A DNA stretch of 57,287 bases from the IMG/VR virus record IMGVR_UViG_3300044724_002038, positions 1-57,287 of that record; one strand, given 5' to 3'. Below are positions 47,792 to 57,287 of the stretch, piece after piece. How positions within the stretch are numbered: position 1 is the stretch's first letter; the number at the start of each line of letters is the position of its first letter. The DNA is from a virus (Duplodnaviria; Caudoviricetes). The notes below the pieces were generated by a model. That model was given only the letters and a program-made list of their open reading frames with translations. It ran no database searches and was not told where the DNA came from. The position numbers were made by a program, and so were the translations under genes.

Positions 47792-48157
47792 TTAGGCGTC
47801 GTAAATTTGCTCTAATGAAATTGTGAACTGTAGATCGCTGTTAGCAGAAGCAGCACCACCGATGCTTGAATTTTCCATGAGATAGAATGAACTATTCTTA
47901 TCAAATGCTACCAGTGTAGAGTCAGCAGGTACGACAACAGTTTTAATCATGAAGGTATTTGAACCAGCATTATTCATGATTAAGTCAAAATCGGCATTAG
48001 CTGCGCCATCGATGTTAGCAATGATCACGGAATTGATCTTATGCACGGAACCGCTGGAAGCTGGGTTAGAATGAAATACGGTGTTTGATGTGGTGATTGA
48101 ACCTGAAACGGTGTTAGCAAGGATTCTTGCAACTGAAACAATATTTGGATTAGCCAT
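47792..48157 (-). CDS. Small fibre-associated virion protein (MANPNIV type)
   Basis: MANPNIV...KINSVIIANIDG...VPADSTLV. Confidence 0.75.
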   Translation of the reverse strand: MANPNIVSVARILANTVSGSITTSNTVFHSNPASSGSVHKINSVIIANIDGAANADFDLIMNNAGSNTFMIKTVVVPADSTLVAFDKNSSFYLMENSSIGGAASANSDLQFTISLEQIYDA

Positions 48158-48207
48158 TTAATTTTTCCTCTTCTTTATAGAAATATGTCTGGTATTTATT
48201 ACTATGA

Positions 48208-48675
48208 TTATTCTGCGGCGTCTGGTCGTGTTGGCCAAACAATAGCATGAGCATTAGCAGTTGTTGATGGTAAGTCACGCAATTCTTGACGATATGTAGC
48301 CCATTGAACAGAAGTATTAGCATCAATTACATTACCTGTGTAACCAAATTCTGTCTCACTAATTTTAATTTGTGTCCAGTCGGTATTTAAAAGATCTCCA
48401 TCTCTTGTTGATCTAATTGCGGCCCAATTAGCAGTATTTGCTGCTAGGAATTCGCTCTCTGGAATTGAATAAACTACCCATTCAACACCACTCCAATACA
48501 TTCTTTCGGTAGCGCCGTCATATTGTGGTGGAGCATCAACATCGATCCAACCAAGTTTAGCACGGTTGTTGAATGCGTTTTCACCTGTGTAACTTTTACC
48601 ATTTTCATCTTTCAAACGAAAAGGAAACTTCCATCTTGGGACAGGATAACTATAGTCTTTTGTATACCAAGCCAT
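48208..48675 (-). CDS. Tail fibre assembly chaperone
   Basis: WAAIRSTRDGDLLNTDWTQ...WATYRQELRDLP...WPTRP. Confidence 0.85.
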   Translation of the reverse strand: MAWYTKDYSYPVPRWKFPFRLKDENGKSYTGENAFNNRAKLGWIDVDAPPQYDGATERMYWSGVEWVVYSIPESEFLAANTANWAAIRSTRDGDLLNTDWTQIKISETEFGYTGNVIDANTSVQWATYRQELRDLPSTTANAHAIVWPTRPDAAE

Positions 48676-48687
48676 TTTTGTTTCTCC

Positions 48688-49188
48688 TTAACCGAAAACG
48701 ATTGCCATAGCAATGGCTTTACCCGTTGTGATACCAGCACTTGGTGCTGTGGTTAGCGTGCTTGCATCGCTGAATTGAATGCCAGTGCTGTGGACGACCA
48801 ACTGACCTGAAAGTGTACCACCAGCGAGAGGAAGTGCAGCAGAAGCAGTTGTTGACACACCAGCAATAGAAGAGTTAGTGTTTGCAAGATCTGCGGCTTG
48901 CTTTGCTTCTTGTGTGTCAATGATACCACGAATTGCTGTATTAGTGGCAGTCAAATTCGTATTTAGATTAGCAATTGCCAAGTTAGTATTTGCTAGGTCA
49001 CCAGTACCAGCAGCAGCAGCAACAGAAGCGATGTAGGCATTAGTGTTTGCCAAGTCTGCTTTTGAAGATGAGTCTGAGGCAAGTGCTGATAAAGTTTTGA
49101 GTGAGTTAATATCACCCATCATTTGTAGAACGGTATTTGAACTTGTCAATGCCGCTAATTGAGTTGAGACTGCTGAAGGTGTTGCCAT
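48688..49188 (-). CDS. Short fibre/adaptor protein
   Basis: LANTN repeats, LPLAGGTLSG, C-terminal TTGKAIAMAIVFG. Confidence 0.78.
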   Translation of the reverse strand: MATPSAVSTQLAALTSSNTVLQMMGDINSLKTLSALASDSSSKADLANTNAYIASVAAAAGTGDLANTNLAIANLNTNLTATNTAIRGIIDTQEAKQAADLANTNSSIAGVSTTASAALPLAGGTLSGQLVVHSTGIQFSDASTLTTAPSAGITTGKAIAMAIVFG

Positions 49189-49206
49189 GATAGTTACCTT
49201 TCTTTT

Positions 49207-49428
49207 TTAACTATTGCTATCCAATTTATTTTTGAGCGAAAGAAGTAGATTTTCAATATTTAGTAAACGATTATCCAAGTGTTCAATCTTCTCTTCCATA
49301 TTATCAATTTTTTTAAACTGACCTTTGCGACTTTTATAGGCTTGTAATGCCGTTTTATTCACGTTCAAAATAGCGTTGGTTTCGGAATCTCTTACGAGGT
49401 CGGAACTTTCTTCTACTTTCAAATACAT
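49207..49428 (-). CDS. Conserved small T4-like protein
   Basis: MYLKVE..DLVRD..TNAILN + coiled coil; AAGGA SD. Confidence 0.75.
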   Translation of the reverse strand: MYLKVEESSDLVRDSETNAILNVNKTALQAYKSRKGQFKKIDNMEEKIEHLDNRLLNIENLLLSLKNKLDSNS

Positions 49429-49438
49429 TTTCTTATCC

Positions 49439-52400
49439 TTAAATCTGAAGCGCAATGGCTCTTAAATCTTTCACTCTAGGAACCACATGGGAACCAGTAG
49501 AAGTACGAAGCACAATTTTCAAACTGAAGTACTTATATGTATCAAATTGTGCGCCAGATGAATTAAAGTATCTGACCACATTGTTGTTTCCACTAAAGTT
49601 AAACGCACCCAAAGAGGTAGCATTCGCTGAAGGGAAACCGTACTCCAACTCGACAAAGTTATCCTTGTTGACAACGCTGGATACAGTGTTCGCAGCACTC
49701 TCTTGGTCTAACTTAGTATAATGTTTGTCACGGAAGTCGTCAGGATCTTCAGCGTTCTGAATACGAGCATAAACGTCGATTTCTGTACCGACTGGTTTGT
49801 ATGCTGATAGAACTACTTTGATATCTTCTGCTTCTTGACCATCCGCTAAAACAATTTTCTTTGTGATATATCTTGATTGGGCGTTACCGAAGTTCCCAAA
49901 CTCGCCAGTATTATCATTATTTATAATATTGTGAACTGGGATAACTGACTTGGTTCTGCCCACATCAACGACTGGTGATAGACGATCTGAGCCAGAAGTC
50001 ATTGTGCCACTTAATCGAAGTGTCTTAGCACTGCCAGTGTTATTGACTTCATTTGTTCTGCTTGCGATAATTCTTTCACCACCCACAAAGTCATTATTCT
50101 CAAATGCTTCAATGGCAGTCTGTTGTTGTGAGATAACATAGTTGTTTGCTGTGGTATTTGCTGACCATGTAATATCTGTATCAACATACTTAGCAAAGGA
50201 TAGTTTAGGTACGAGTACATCGTATTTGTAATCTTTCAGACTGTAGACCTGTGCGAAAGCATTACTGACCTGACCACGATAGAAACCATCATCAATAGTC
50301 GTATTCGATGTAAAGTTACCAGATGAATTGTTGGCAACAATCTCATTACCAGATGGATTGTAATACTGAATAAATCCAGTAGCAGTGTTTGGTGTAAAGG
50401 TATTGACTACACCAGTAAATGTACCAGCACCATTAGCAAAGGTGATAGTGGAACCATCTGCGATAGAACCCTTCATGTCAACCTTGATAGTTGGTGTATC
50501 CGTCGTTGTTACCAACTTCCGAACCTTACCAGTATTAGAACCGATAGTGACCGTATCGTTGACTGCAATCGTAGCAGCATTGGAAGTCATGAGAACGACT
50601 GCCTCACCTCTGATCTTCTCACCGATATTGAAGCGAGTACCAGAGAACTGCGTAGCATTTAGATATTCGTCATTGTCATTGGTGTAAACAACACTACCAG
50701 TTAAGGTATTATCGAAGTTTGCACGCCAGATAGTAAACTGAATATCTTGGTTCTGTCTTGGTGTATATGTTCTATCGTTAGCAGACGTAAACAACATACC
50801 GACTGCTGGTTGCTGGTCGATAAGAGCATTGACTGTTACATCAGTACCGCCGAGTTCGGCAATCCACAAACGATAGTCTGGGTTTGAACCATCTGGTTTT
50901 ACGACGAATGCATATTCTGTGTCACCCCGTAGATATACAGGCTGGTCAAAGTAGAATGGTGTAGGTGCGTTTGCAGTATCAGAGATATTCACATCTTCTG
51001 GTGCGACACGCTTGTAACCGAATGGCACACGGATAGCAGTGATTTGACCGTTGATAACTTCACGGAGTTCAATAGCAATACCAGACGTTGAACTTTTCTC
51101 TTGGAAGTATAGATCGATACAGGAGATGAAGAAACCATCAGCACCTTGACCGAATAGGCTGTCAGCAAAGTCTAGATTTTCAAACTCATAGTCACCAACA
51201 CGGAATGTCTGTGCGACCGGATCTTTATGTGCCTGAAGACCGCTGAATCTTGAAGTGGTTGTCCGTCGCTCGCTGACAGTATCGTGTGACACTCTTGCTT
51301 CACGAGTGTTGAATGTGATGCCACGCTGTGAACTTGCTAGACCAACGGAGGTGTAGTTAGTGACAGCAGAAGTTGTCTCAGTACCAGTCTGTGTTGCTGT
51401 ATTAGCAATGTCAACTAGTTTGAATGGACGCTCACCTTGACGGAACTTTAATGAATCGTTGTTAGGAATAACGAAGACACCGAATACATCACCGTTTGCA
51501 TTTGTCTCTAGTGAAGCACCAAGACCTGCTGTGTTAGCAAACTCTTTGGTAGTAGGTGCGACGAAATCATTGACTAGAATATCGTCAAAGTATGGGAACA
51601 CACGAGTATTTGGTTTCATACCTGTGCCACGGAATTGAACTAGACGTGATCGCATGAATGGTACGATATCAGTGCGAGTTAAGAATGGACCAGACTTTTG
51701 AGTGCGATTGAATACATCGACGTTTAATCGAGTACCAGTGCGGACTTGCTCTTGTGTGGTAGTGATTGTGACATCATCGATAGCGCCATGAGTGCCAGGG
51801 CGACCTTCGAAGTTTTCAAGAGAACCAGTACCACCTCTTACGAAAGCAACACCATTTACTTCTCTTGTAGAAGAAGGCGGACCATCATTATTCCACTCAT
51901 TCCAGTTAGTACCCCATGCATCTTTTAGATTTTGCCAGTTAGAAGCAAGGTCAAGATCCCACTGTACGTCTGGTTGAGTTGTTGTGTCAACCCAATGATC
52001 TGCTTCTGGGAACAGGTCTAGATTACCAACCCAGTTGAATGTTAGTTCACCGACAGGGTTGATGGTCTTGGAAGCCCATGGTTGGTCGATATGAATTTGA
52101 TGAGTATAAGGTAGAGTTACTAAATCACCAGGGGTAGCATTCTGAACCGTTGATGTGGTTGCTGTATCAGCAGAACCATCTTTCTTCAGAGTAGCAGATG
52201 TGGTGAATGTACCACTTGCATTGTGTAGATACAATCTGACAATACTGCTGTTAGCAACGACAGTCCGAACTGTACCCTGTGCAGTTGCTGAACCAAGCGA
52301 AGAGCCAAGATAGACAACATCACCGTTTTGATATGAATCGGTATTTGCCGTTACATCAAGTCTGACCTGCTTGCCTTCTTTAGTGACATTGCTTGAAAGT

Positions 52401-55400
52401 GCACTATTGAAAGAGATGTCAATATTCTGCGAATCAAACTTAGGTCTTAGTTCACCCTTAACTTTATCAATGGATGAGAAGTATGATGGGTCTGTCAAGT
52501 CAGCATTATTATGACCGAAGAAGGCATCTACAAAGATACCGTTCTTGAATCGATCAAGACCATTCTCATCAGGAATTGCTAAGTCTCTTGCTGCCTTCTC
52601 TAGAACATTCAAAGCAGTATAGTATTCAAGGCGGTCAATCCGAGTTGAGATATCTGAAATGTCTTCCATGGTATAACGACGATGGAAGAATGGTTTGACT
52701 TTGACTGCCAGATCAACACGAGTACCTTCAGTCTGTGGGTCAATGAAGTTGTAAGCATTCTCCAGTGATAGTGATGGGAATGGAGGAATGTTTAGCAATG
52801 ACAGAGACATTGACTCTGCTGGTTCTAATGGTGGGAATGGTTTATCAGAAGCAATACCTTTAATTACTTTCTTCTTACCATCTTTACCAATAACCACTCG
52901 GTCAACACGAGGTAGATAGTGAATAAGGTCTGAACTGAATGTCTCATCAGGAACAGGTACATATGAACCGTCTGAGTCTACATCAACCGTAGTTGACAAT
53001 GCAGGGTTGACTGCTGAATCAGCAACTGTAGTGACGTTTGTATTCGCAGCAGATGTTACTCTTGGACGGAAGTCTAGTGAGTCACGAAGGTCATATACGT
53101 TTCGTGAGGTCTTTGAAGAGAACCGTGGAATCTGTGGTGTAGCAATCGCTGTGTTATTTGCTGTTGACTCGTTTGGATCAATAGAGTATGAATCAACAGA
53201 GAAGAACCCAATACCACCAGAACGATCATGCTCGAAATAGTCAATCTCTACAACTAAACGATCATCAGTTGAAAGTGCAAGACTGCTACCTTCTTTTAGT
53301 GTAAGTAGTGAGTGCTTATAGAGGTTATCGTCTGAGTTCCGGATGATTCTAAACTCAGATGTTACATCTCTGTTATTTACTGAATATGTTGTACCCACAT
53401 AAACCTTACGCAAATTGAATACATCAGCAACACCAAGACCATATGGACCAACAATACCAGCGCTGTGAGATGATAGATCCAATCGTACAAACCGACTCTT
53501 ACGAACTGCTTTAGCAGTGCCAACTGCTGTCTCTCTTTTGTTATTGAAGAAAACTGTAATGTTGGTTGAGTTGGCAAATGTCTCTTTCAAATCGATTGAA
53601 GCAACTGTACCAGAAGAAACTGTTACCGTTCTTTCTGTACCAGTTGTACCGTTCTCTGTCAAGTCAAAAACATAACCTGTTGGGAAGATCTTGTGGACTT
53701 CAGCAGTACCTGCACCGCCATCAGCAGCCAAACAGTGGAATGTTGAATCGTCTACAGTAGCAATAGCAGGATTGGTTGTCATAGAAGTATCACTGGCAAT
53801 GTCAACGATACGAGTTACAATGGAACCTTGACCGCCAGTATTTGACACTGAGATGTAATCACCAACCTTAAAGTTTGTCAGGAATGTAGTATTATTACCA
53901 ACCAACGTATTTGCTTGTTGAGTATTAGCAACAGCACCGAATACCTGCTTGACAAGACCAGGGACACTAGCAGTCTGTGCAGTAGCACCAGCAACAGCGA
54001 TGAAGTCACGCTTTTGTGTATCGTTTAGCGCACCAACACCATATGGAAACTCTTCTGTACCACCAGCATGAACGCCAGAGATAGCAAGCGAACCAACACC
54101 AGCAGTGTTGAACGAGATTGTTGCCTTATCACGGAACTGATAGAACGCATTGATTGTACCAGTGTTTGTCGTGAGTTGTTTGGTTGCCTGAACACCAAGC
54201 GAATAAACATTTCTGTTGAACTCTGGGTCTTTGATGACTGCCTTGGTGACAGTAGTAGCAGTTGACCCACCACCTGTTGTACCGATAACGACTGTTTCTA
54301 AAACAGCATCAGCAAAACTATCTGGACCTGAAGCGTTATTTACATAGAATGAACGGACATCGCCAAATGACTTACCAGAAGCAGTCATGTTGATATCAAA
54401 GAGATACAAACGGAACTTACCGTCTTTCTGACCCATGATACCAGACTCATACTGCATACCACGAACCTTAGCCGTACCAATCTCAGCACCAGGAGCAGCA
54501 CCTGCACCAAGCGCAACACTACCACTTGTTACAGCAGTAGCAACGGTGTCTCGTAATGAAATGGTCTGAACTGTGGTTGGATCCCATGGACCAACGACTT
54601 CGTTTACAATAGCATAGTTACCAAAGTTTGTGGTGACATTTACACCGACTTCGTGCTTGGTATCAGTTGCCTTGTCTGTCTCAATGAATTCTGTTGTGAG
54701 AGTTTCGTTACGATAACCCATAATGTAAGCAACACCTGGCTCAATACCAATAGCAAGTTTGTCCTTATCACCACCTTCACCAGCAGTATAACGACCGAAG
54801 TTGCTACCTGTATTCAAATGCTCTTTTACATGAGTATTGATTTGTTTTAATTGATAGTTACCAGACTCTTCGTAGGTTCTCTTAGCAAGTTCTCTACCAA
54901 TGCTGTTGAATACCGTATCATCTCTTACGATACGAACCTTACCGCTTTCAACCTCAAAGATTGGAAAGAATGATTCAGTATTAGCAGATGACAAGTTTGA
55001 AGAATCGAATAGTGCTTTCTTGGTAAGTGTTGGTGTTAGAACCAAACGATCAGCACCAGGAGCAGAAGCGTTGTATGAACCAGCAGCATTGTCAAGCAGT
55101 GTTGTATCTGATGAACTGGTTGCGATACTTTCTAATACCTTGAAACCAACCTTATATGAAGGTGTGGTTGAATATTTTTCTAGGACAAGCGTTTGAGAAG
55201 CAACGTTGATGAAGTGACCCTTGGAAAAGATTGTACCACCACCGACATTGAAGACTGACCCAAAGCCAAATGCACCAGCAGCAATAGTGTTGGCACGCTG
55301 ACCAGCACCACCATCAGCAGGAAGAAATACAAGCTCTTCATTCAGACCAAAAGTTTTATTTGTCTTTGATGTACCACTATCAATATACTTGACTAAGAAT

Positions 55401-55786
55401 GTGTTGTAGTCTGGGGCAGTAGTCTCAGCACCAGCAGCAGTAGAGATAATCTTAGCACGAACACCCGTGGTTGCACCTTGAATAGTTCCACCATCGAAGT
55501 CTGTAACGGTAATAGTATTACCACCAGCATCGTTATCTCTCAGCTTGATGAATGCGACATTAGCATCATACTGAAAAGCACAACCGTCGACGATTGTACC
55601 CTCTTCATAGATGTTATTTCCAAAACGCTCGACTTGGTTTTGAAGAATAGTTTGGAGTTGATTTAATTCCCGTGTTTGAACCGCAAGTGAAGGCTTGAAA
55701 AGAACTTTGTGGTAATTCTTTAACTTTGCACTCGTTTCGAAATCATCAAAGTAGGGAGATAAATTGAAATTAGTCTCTATTGCCAT
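49439..55786 (-). CDS. Large baseplate/structural protein (DUF4815/VrlC-like)
   Basis: NLSPYFDDF, VQTRELNQLQTILQNQ, APGADR, RRYTMEDI...RLEYYT, RFKNGIFVD, PRVKDLRAIAL. Confidence 0.88.
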   Translation of the reverse strand: MAIETNFNLSPYFDDFETSAKLKNYHKVLFKPSLAVQTRELNQLQTILQNQVERFGNNIYEEGTIVDGCAFQYDANVAFIKLRDNDAGGNTITVTDFDGGTIQGATTGVRAKIISTAAGAETTAPDYNTFLVKYIDSGTSKTNKTFGLNEELVFLPADGGAGQRANTIAAGAFGFGSVFNVGGGTIFSKGHFINVASQTLVLEKYSTTPSYKVGFKVLESIATSSSDTTLLDNAAGSYNASAPGADRLVLTPTLTKKALFDSSNLSSANTESFFPIFEVESGKVRIVRDDTVFNSIGRELAKRTYEESGNYQLKQINTHVKEHLNTGSNFGRYTAGEGGDKDKLAIGIEPGVAYIMGYRNETLTTEFIETDKATDTKHEVGVNVTTNFGNYAIVNEVVGPWDPTTVQTISLRDTVATAVTSGSVALGAGAAPGAEIGTAKVRGMQYESGIMGQKDGKFRLYLFDINMTASGKSFGDVRSFYVNNASGPDSFADAVLETVVIGTTGGGSTATTVTKAVIKDPEFNRNVYSLGVQATKQLTTNTGTINAFYQFRDKATISFNTAGVGSLAISGVHAGGTEEFPYGVGALNDTQKRDFIAVAGATAQTASVPGLVKQVFGAVANTQQANTLVGNNTTFLTNFKVGDYISVSNTGGQGSIVTRIVDIASDTSMTTNPAIATVDDSTFHCLAADGGAGTAEVHKIFPTGYVFDLTENGTTGTERTVTVSSGTVASIDLKETFANSTNITVFFNNKRETAVGTAKAVRKSRFVRLDLSSHSAGIVGPYGLGVADVFNLRKVYVGTTYSVNNRDVTSEFRIIRNSDDNLYKHSLLTLKEGSSLALSTDDRLVVEIDYFEHDRSGGIGFFSVDSYSIDPNESTANNTAIATPQIPRFSSKTSRNVYDLRDSLDFRPRVTSAANTNVTTVADSAVNPALSTTVDVDSDGSYVPVPDETFSSDLIHYLPRVDRVVIGKDGKKKVIKGIASDKPFPPLEPAESMSLSLLNIPPFPSLSLENAYNFIDPQTEGTRVDLAVKVKPFFHRRYTMEDISDISTRIDRLEYYTALNVLEKAARDLAIPDENGLDRFKNGIFVDAFFGHNNADLTDPSYFSSIDKVKGELRPKFDSQNIDISFNSALSSNVTKEGKQVRLDVTANTDSYQNGDVVYLGSSLGSATAQGTVRTVVANSSIVRLYLHNASGTFTTSATLKKDGSADTATTSTVQNATPGDLVTLPYTHQIHIDQPWASKTINPVGELTFNWVGNLDLFPEADHWVDTTTQPDVQWDLDLASNWQNLKDAWGTNWNEWNNDGPPSSTREVNGVAFVRGGTGSLENFEGRPGTHGAIDDVTITTTQEQVRTGTRLNVDVFNRTQKSGPFLTRTDIVPFMRSRLVQFRGTGMKPNTRVFPYFDDILVNDFVAPTTKEFANTAGLGASLETNANGDVFGVFVIPNNDSLKFRQGERPFKLVDIANTATQTGTETTSAVTNYTSVGLASSQRGITFNTREARVSHDTVSERRTTTSRFSGLQAHKDPVAQTFRVGDYEFENLDFADSLFGQGADGFFISCIDLYFQEKSSTSGIAIELREVINGQITAIRVPFGYKRVAPEDVNISDTANAPTPFYFDQPVYLRGDTEYAFVVKPDGSNPDYRLWIAELGGTDVTVNALIDQQPAVGMLFTSANDRTYTPRQNQDIQFTIWRANFDNTLTGSVVYTNDNDEYLNATQFSGTRFNIGEKIRGEAVVLMTSNAATIAVNDTVTIGSNTGKVRKLVTTTDTPTIKVDMKGSIADGSTITFANGAGTFTGVVNTFTPNTATGFIQYYNPSGNEIVANNSSGNFTSNTTIDDGFYRGQVSNAFAQVYSLKDYKYDVLVPKLSFAKYVDTDITWSANTTANNYVISQQQTAIEAFENNDFVGGERIIASRTNEVNNTGSAKTLRLSGTMTSGSDRLSPVVDVGRTKSVIPVHNIINNDNTGEFGNFGNAQSRYITKKIVLADGQEAEDIKVVLSAYKPVGTEIDVYARIQNAEDPDDFRDKHYTKLDQESAANTVSSVVNKDNFVELEYGFPSANATSLGAFNFSGNNNVVRYFNSSGAQFDTYKYFSLKIVLRTSTGSHVVPRVKDLRAIALQI

Positions 55787-55797
55787 TCTTTTAAACC

Positions 55798-57287
55798 TTA
55801 AAATCTAACGATAAGTTTGATATCTTCTGTCTGATCTGCTGCCCGACTTACTGGCAATCTATTCTCAACATAGAGAACGTCGCCAACAAAGTCTTGTAGA
55901 TCTCTATTATTTATAGACGATACAACAGCAGTTTGTGTGGAGGTGTTACCTGTAATTGTTTCACTAGCAGTAAAAGTACCATCTAATCCCGTGACACTGA
56001 TAACACCTGCCGTACCAGAAGCATTCGTATTTGCAAATGAAACGAAACGAGCAGCAGCACCACTTGAAGAACCGGCAATCATCTCATCGGCAGAGAATGT
56101 ACCAGACTTACCTGTTACTGTGAGTTTGGTTGTCATGTCGTAAACTGTTGAGTTTGCCTGTGCACCTGAGAACAGAACAGGATCACTAACCAAGCCAACA
56201 ATGCGGAAGTCATTATTGGTAATAAAGGTGCCTGACTCAGTGCCAGTCATACGGACGTTTAGCAGAACATCAGTTGCACCGAGTTCACTTACTGGGTTAG
56301 AACCATGACCACCATATGGTGCGATACTACCAGCAGCAGTTCCACCAGTACCATGTGAACTGTTAGCAGAGATTGCAACGGAATATTTACTGTAGTTAGA
56401 GCCAGTGTTAATCATAACAATTTCGTTGATAGTGTTGCCCACAGTAGCAGAAGCAAGAGCAGGAAGTGCGACGTTAGCATATGCCAGTGCACTTGAACCA
56501 TCACCCGTAATTGTGACTTTAGGACCAACGATATATGATGATCCTGTTGTTGGGATGGGTGAGAAGGCAGCATTCACAGTTGCCTTATTGATATTGCCCT
56601 GGTAGTCAACGATTTCTCTTAACTGACCTGAACCTGTACCACTACTGATATAGATTGTAGAACCAACATACGAATCATCAGTTGTACTTGCACTGGTAAG
56701 TTTTACGATAGTTGAACTGTCAACATTTGAGAAAGTACCAGCAGCATAGAGATAACCAGAACCAGCGGCTGTTACATCGACGTAATCAATCGCACCATTA
56801 GATGCTGCTGCCTGAACGTCAAACTGTAGACTGCCATCATCTGCTGTGAGTTCTTTGACAGGAATGAAGTTTGTCGTTGTGAACTTCAATACATCAGCAG
56901 GAGAGATGTTATACATAAACTTCCAGCGATACCCATCAGAAGTCGTTACGATTGAAGTGCCCGTTGATGTAGGTTTAACTGTTGACAATGCCCCATTATT
57001 ATTGTCAATACATTTGTAAACATTAAAATCGTCAGTGACCACAAAGAATGCACTTGTGTAGAGAGATGTATTTGAATCTGAATATGGAGTATATACCTGA
57101 CCAGAAGTCCAGTTGTTCCTTGCGACGACAAATGTAGCATCACTTGACGTAACACGCTTTGCTGCGATCATATTCCGCCAGATATTATAGTCAGAACCCA
57201 AAATGGTATCTGTTGGCGTGGGTGGAGAAGCATCGTCCGTCCAACCGTGTGCTTTTGCTAAAAACATATAATAGCGAGTATTAATGT
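55798..57287 (-). CDS. gp8: Baseplate wedge gp8-like, 5' truncated by window
   Basis: VYKCIDNN, DGYRWKFMY, GGHGSNPVSELG, LYVENR...QTEDIKL; frame open to window end. Confidence 0.9.
   Translation of the reverse strand, partial: INTRYYMFLAKAHGWTDDASPPTPTDTILGSDYNIWRNMIAAKRVTSSDATFVVARNNWTSGQVYTPYSDSNTSLYTSAFFVVTDDFNVYKCIDNNNGALSTVKPTSTGTSIVTTSDGYRWKFMYNISPADVLKFTTTNFIPVKELTADDGSLQFDVQAAASNGAIDYVDVTAAGSGYLYAAGTFSNVDSSTIVKLTSASTTDDSYVGSTIYISSGTGSGQLREIVDYQGNINKATVNAAFSPIPTTGSSYIVGPKVTITGDGSSALAYANVALPALASATVGNTINEIVMINTGSNYSKYSVAISANSSHGTGGTAAGSIAPYGGHGSNPVSELGATDVLLNVRMTGTESGTFITNNDFRIVGLVSDPVLFSGAQANSTVYDMTTKLTVTGKSGTFSADEMIAGSSSGAAARFVSFANTNASGTAGVISVTGLDGTFTASETITGNTSTQTAVVSSINNRDLQDFVGDVLYVENRLPVSRAADQTEDIKLIVRF

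Noticed and set aside
1-57287. tRNA genes and remaining short overlapping ORFs in the track
   Set aside because: No cloverleaf found in the short intergenic gaps; other short ORFs lie within well-supported genes and lack SD or motifs

Overview
A 57.3 kb segment of a large T4-like myovirus (Tevenvirinae/Kyanoviridae-type gene order), almost entirely coded on the minus strand; no photosynthesis genes, tRNAs or CRISPR were seen, and a proteobacterial host is only a guess. Reading in transcription order (right to left): baseplate gp8 (partial), a 2115-aa DUF4815-type structural protein, fibre/adhesin genes (two LamG + glycine-rich proteins flanking two sigma70-driven 2OG-Fe(II) oxygenases), neck/tail/packaging genes gp13-gp20, a ~9 kb block of paralogous fibre-like genes inserted between portal and prohead-core genes, gp21-gp23, gp3, uvsY/uvsW, gp55, gp47, gp46, then a ~7 kb insert (def, queE, queD, folE, PD-(D/E)XK nuclease, DpdL-like QueD paralog, TGT-fold DpdA-like protein, DUF3310-like, dUTPase-fold, glycosyltransferase) before gp45, gp44, gp62, regA, a lipoprotein, hsp20 and the start of gp43. 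Best leads: (1) a 7-deazaguanine DNA-modification operon lacking queC, with candidate kinase, pyrophosphatase, nuclease and an injected internal protein; (2) a recurrent (A/G/S)-N-(T/S) 'ANT' motif across virion proteins that may be a glycosylation sequon; (3) a ROSE-type RNA thermometer on phage hsp20; (4) a modular IKLKRS.../...DGGxF fibre family; (5) a conserved DNA block at the LamG/Gly-rich junction of two adhesins. All product calls are from motif recognition, not database searches.
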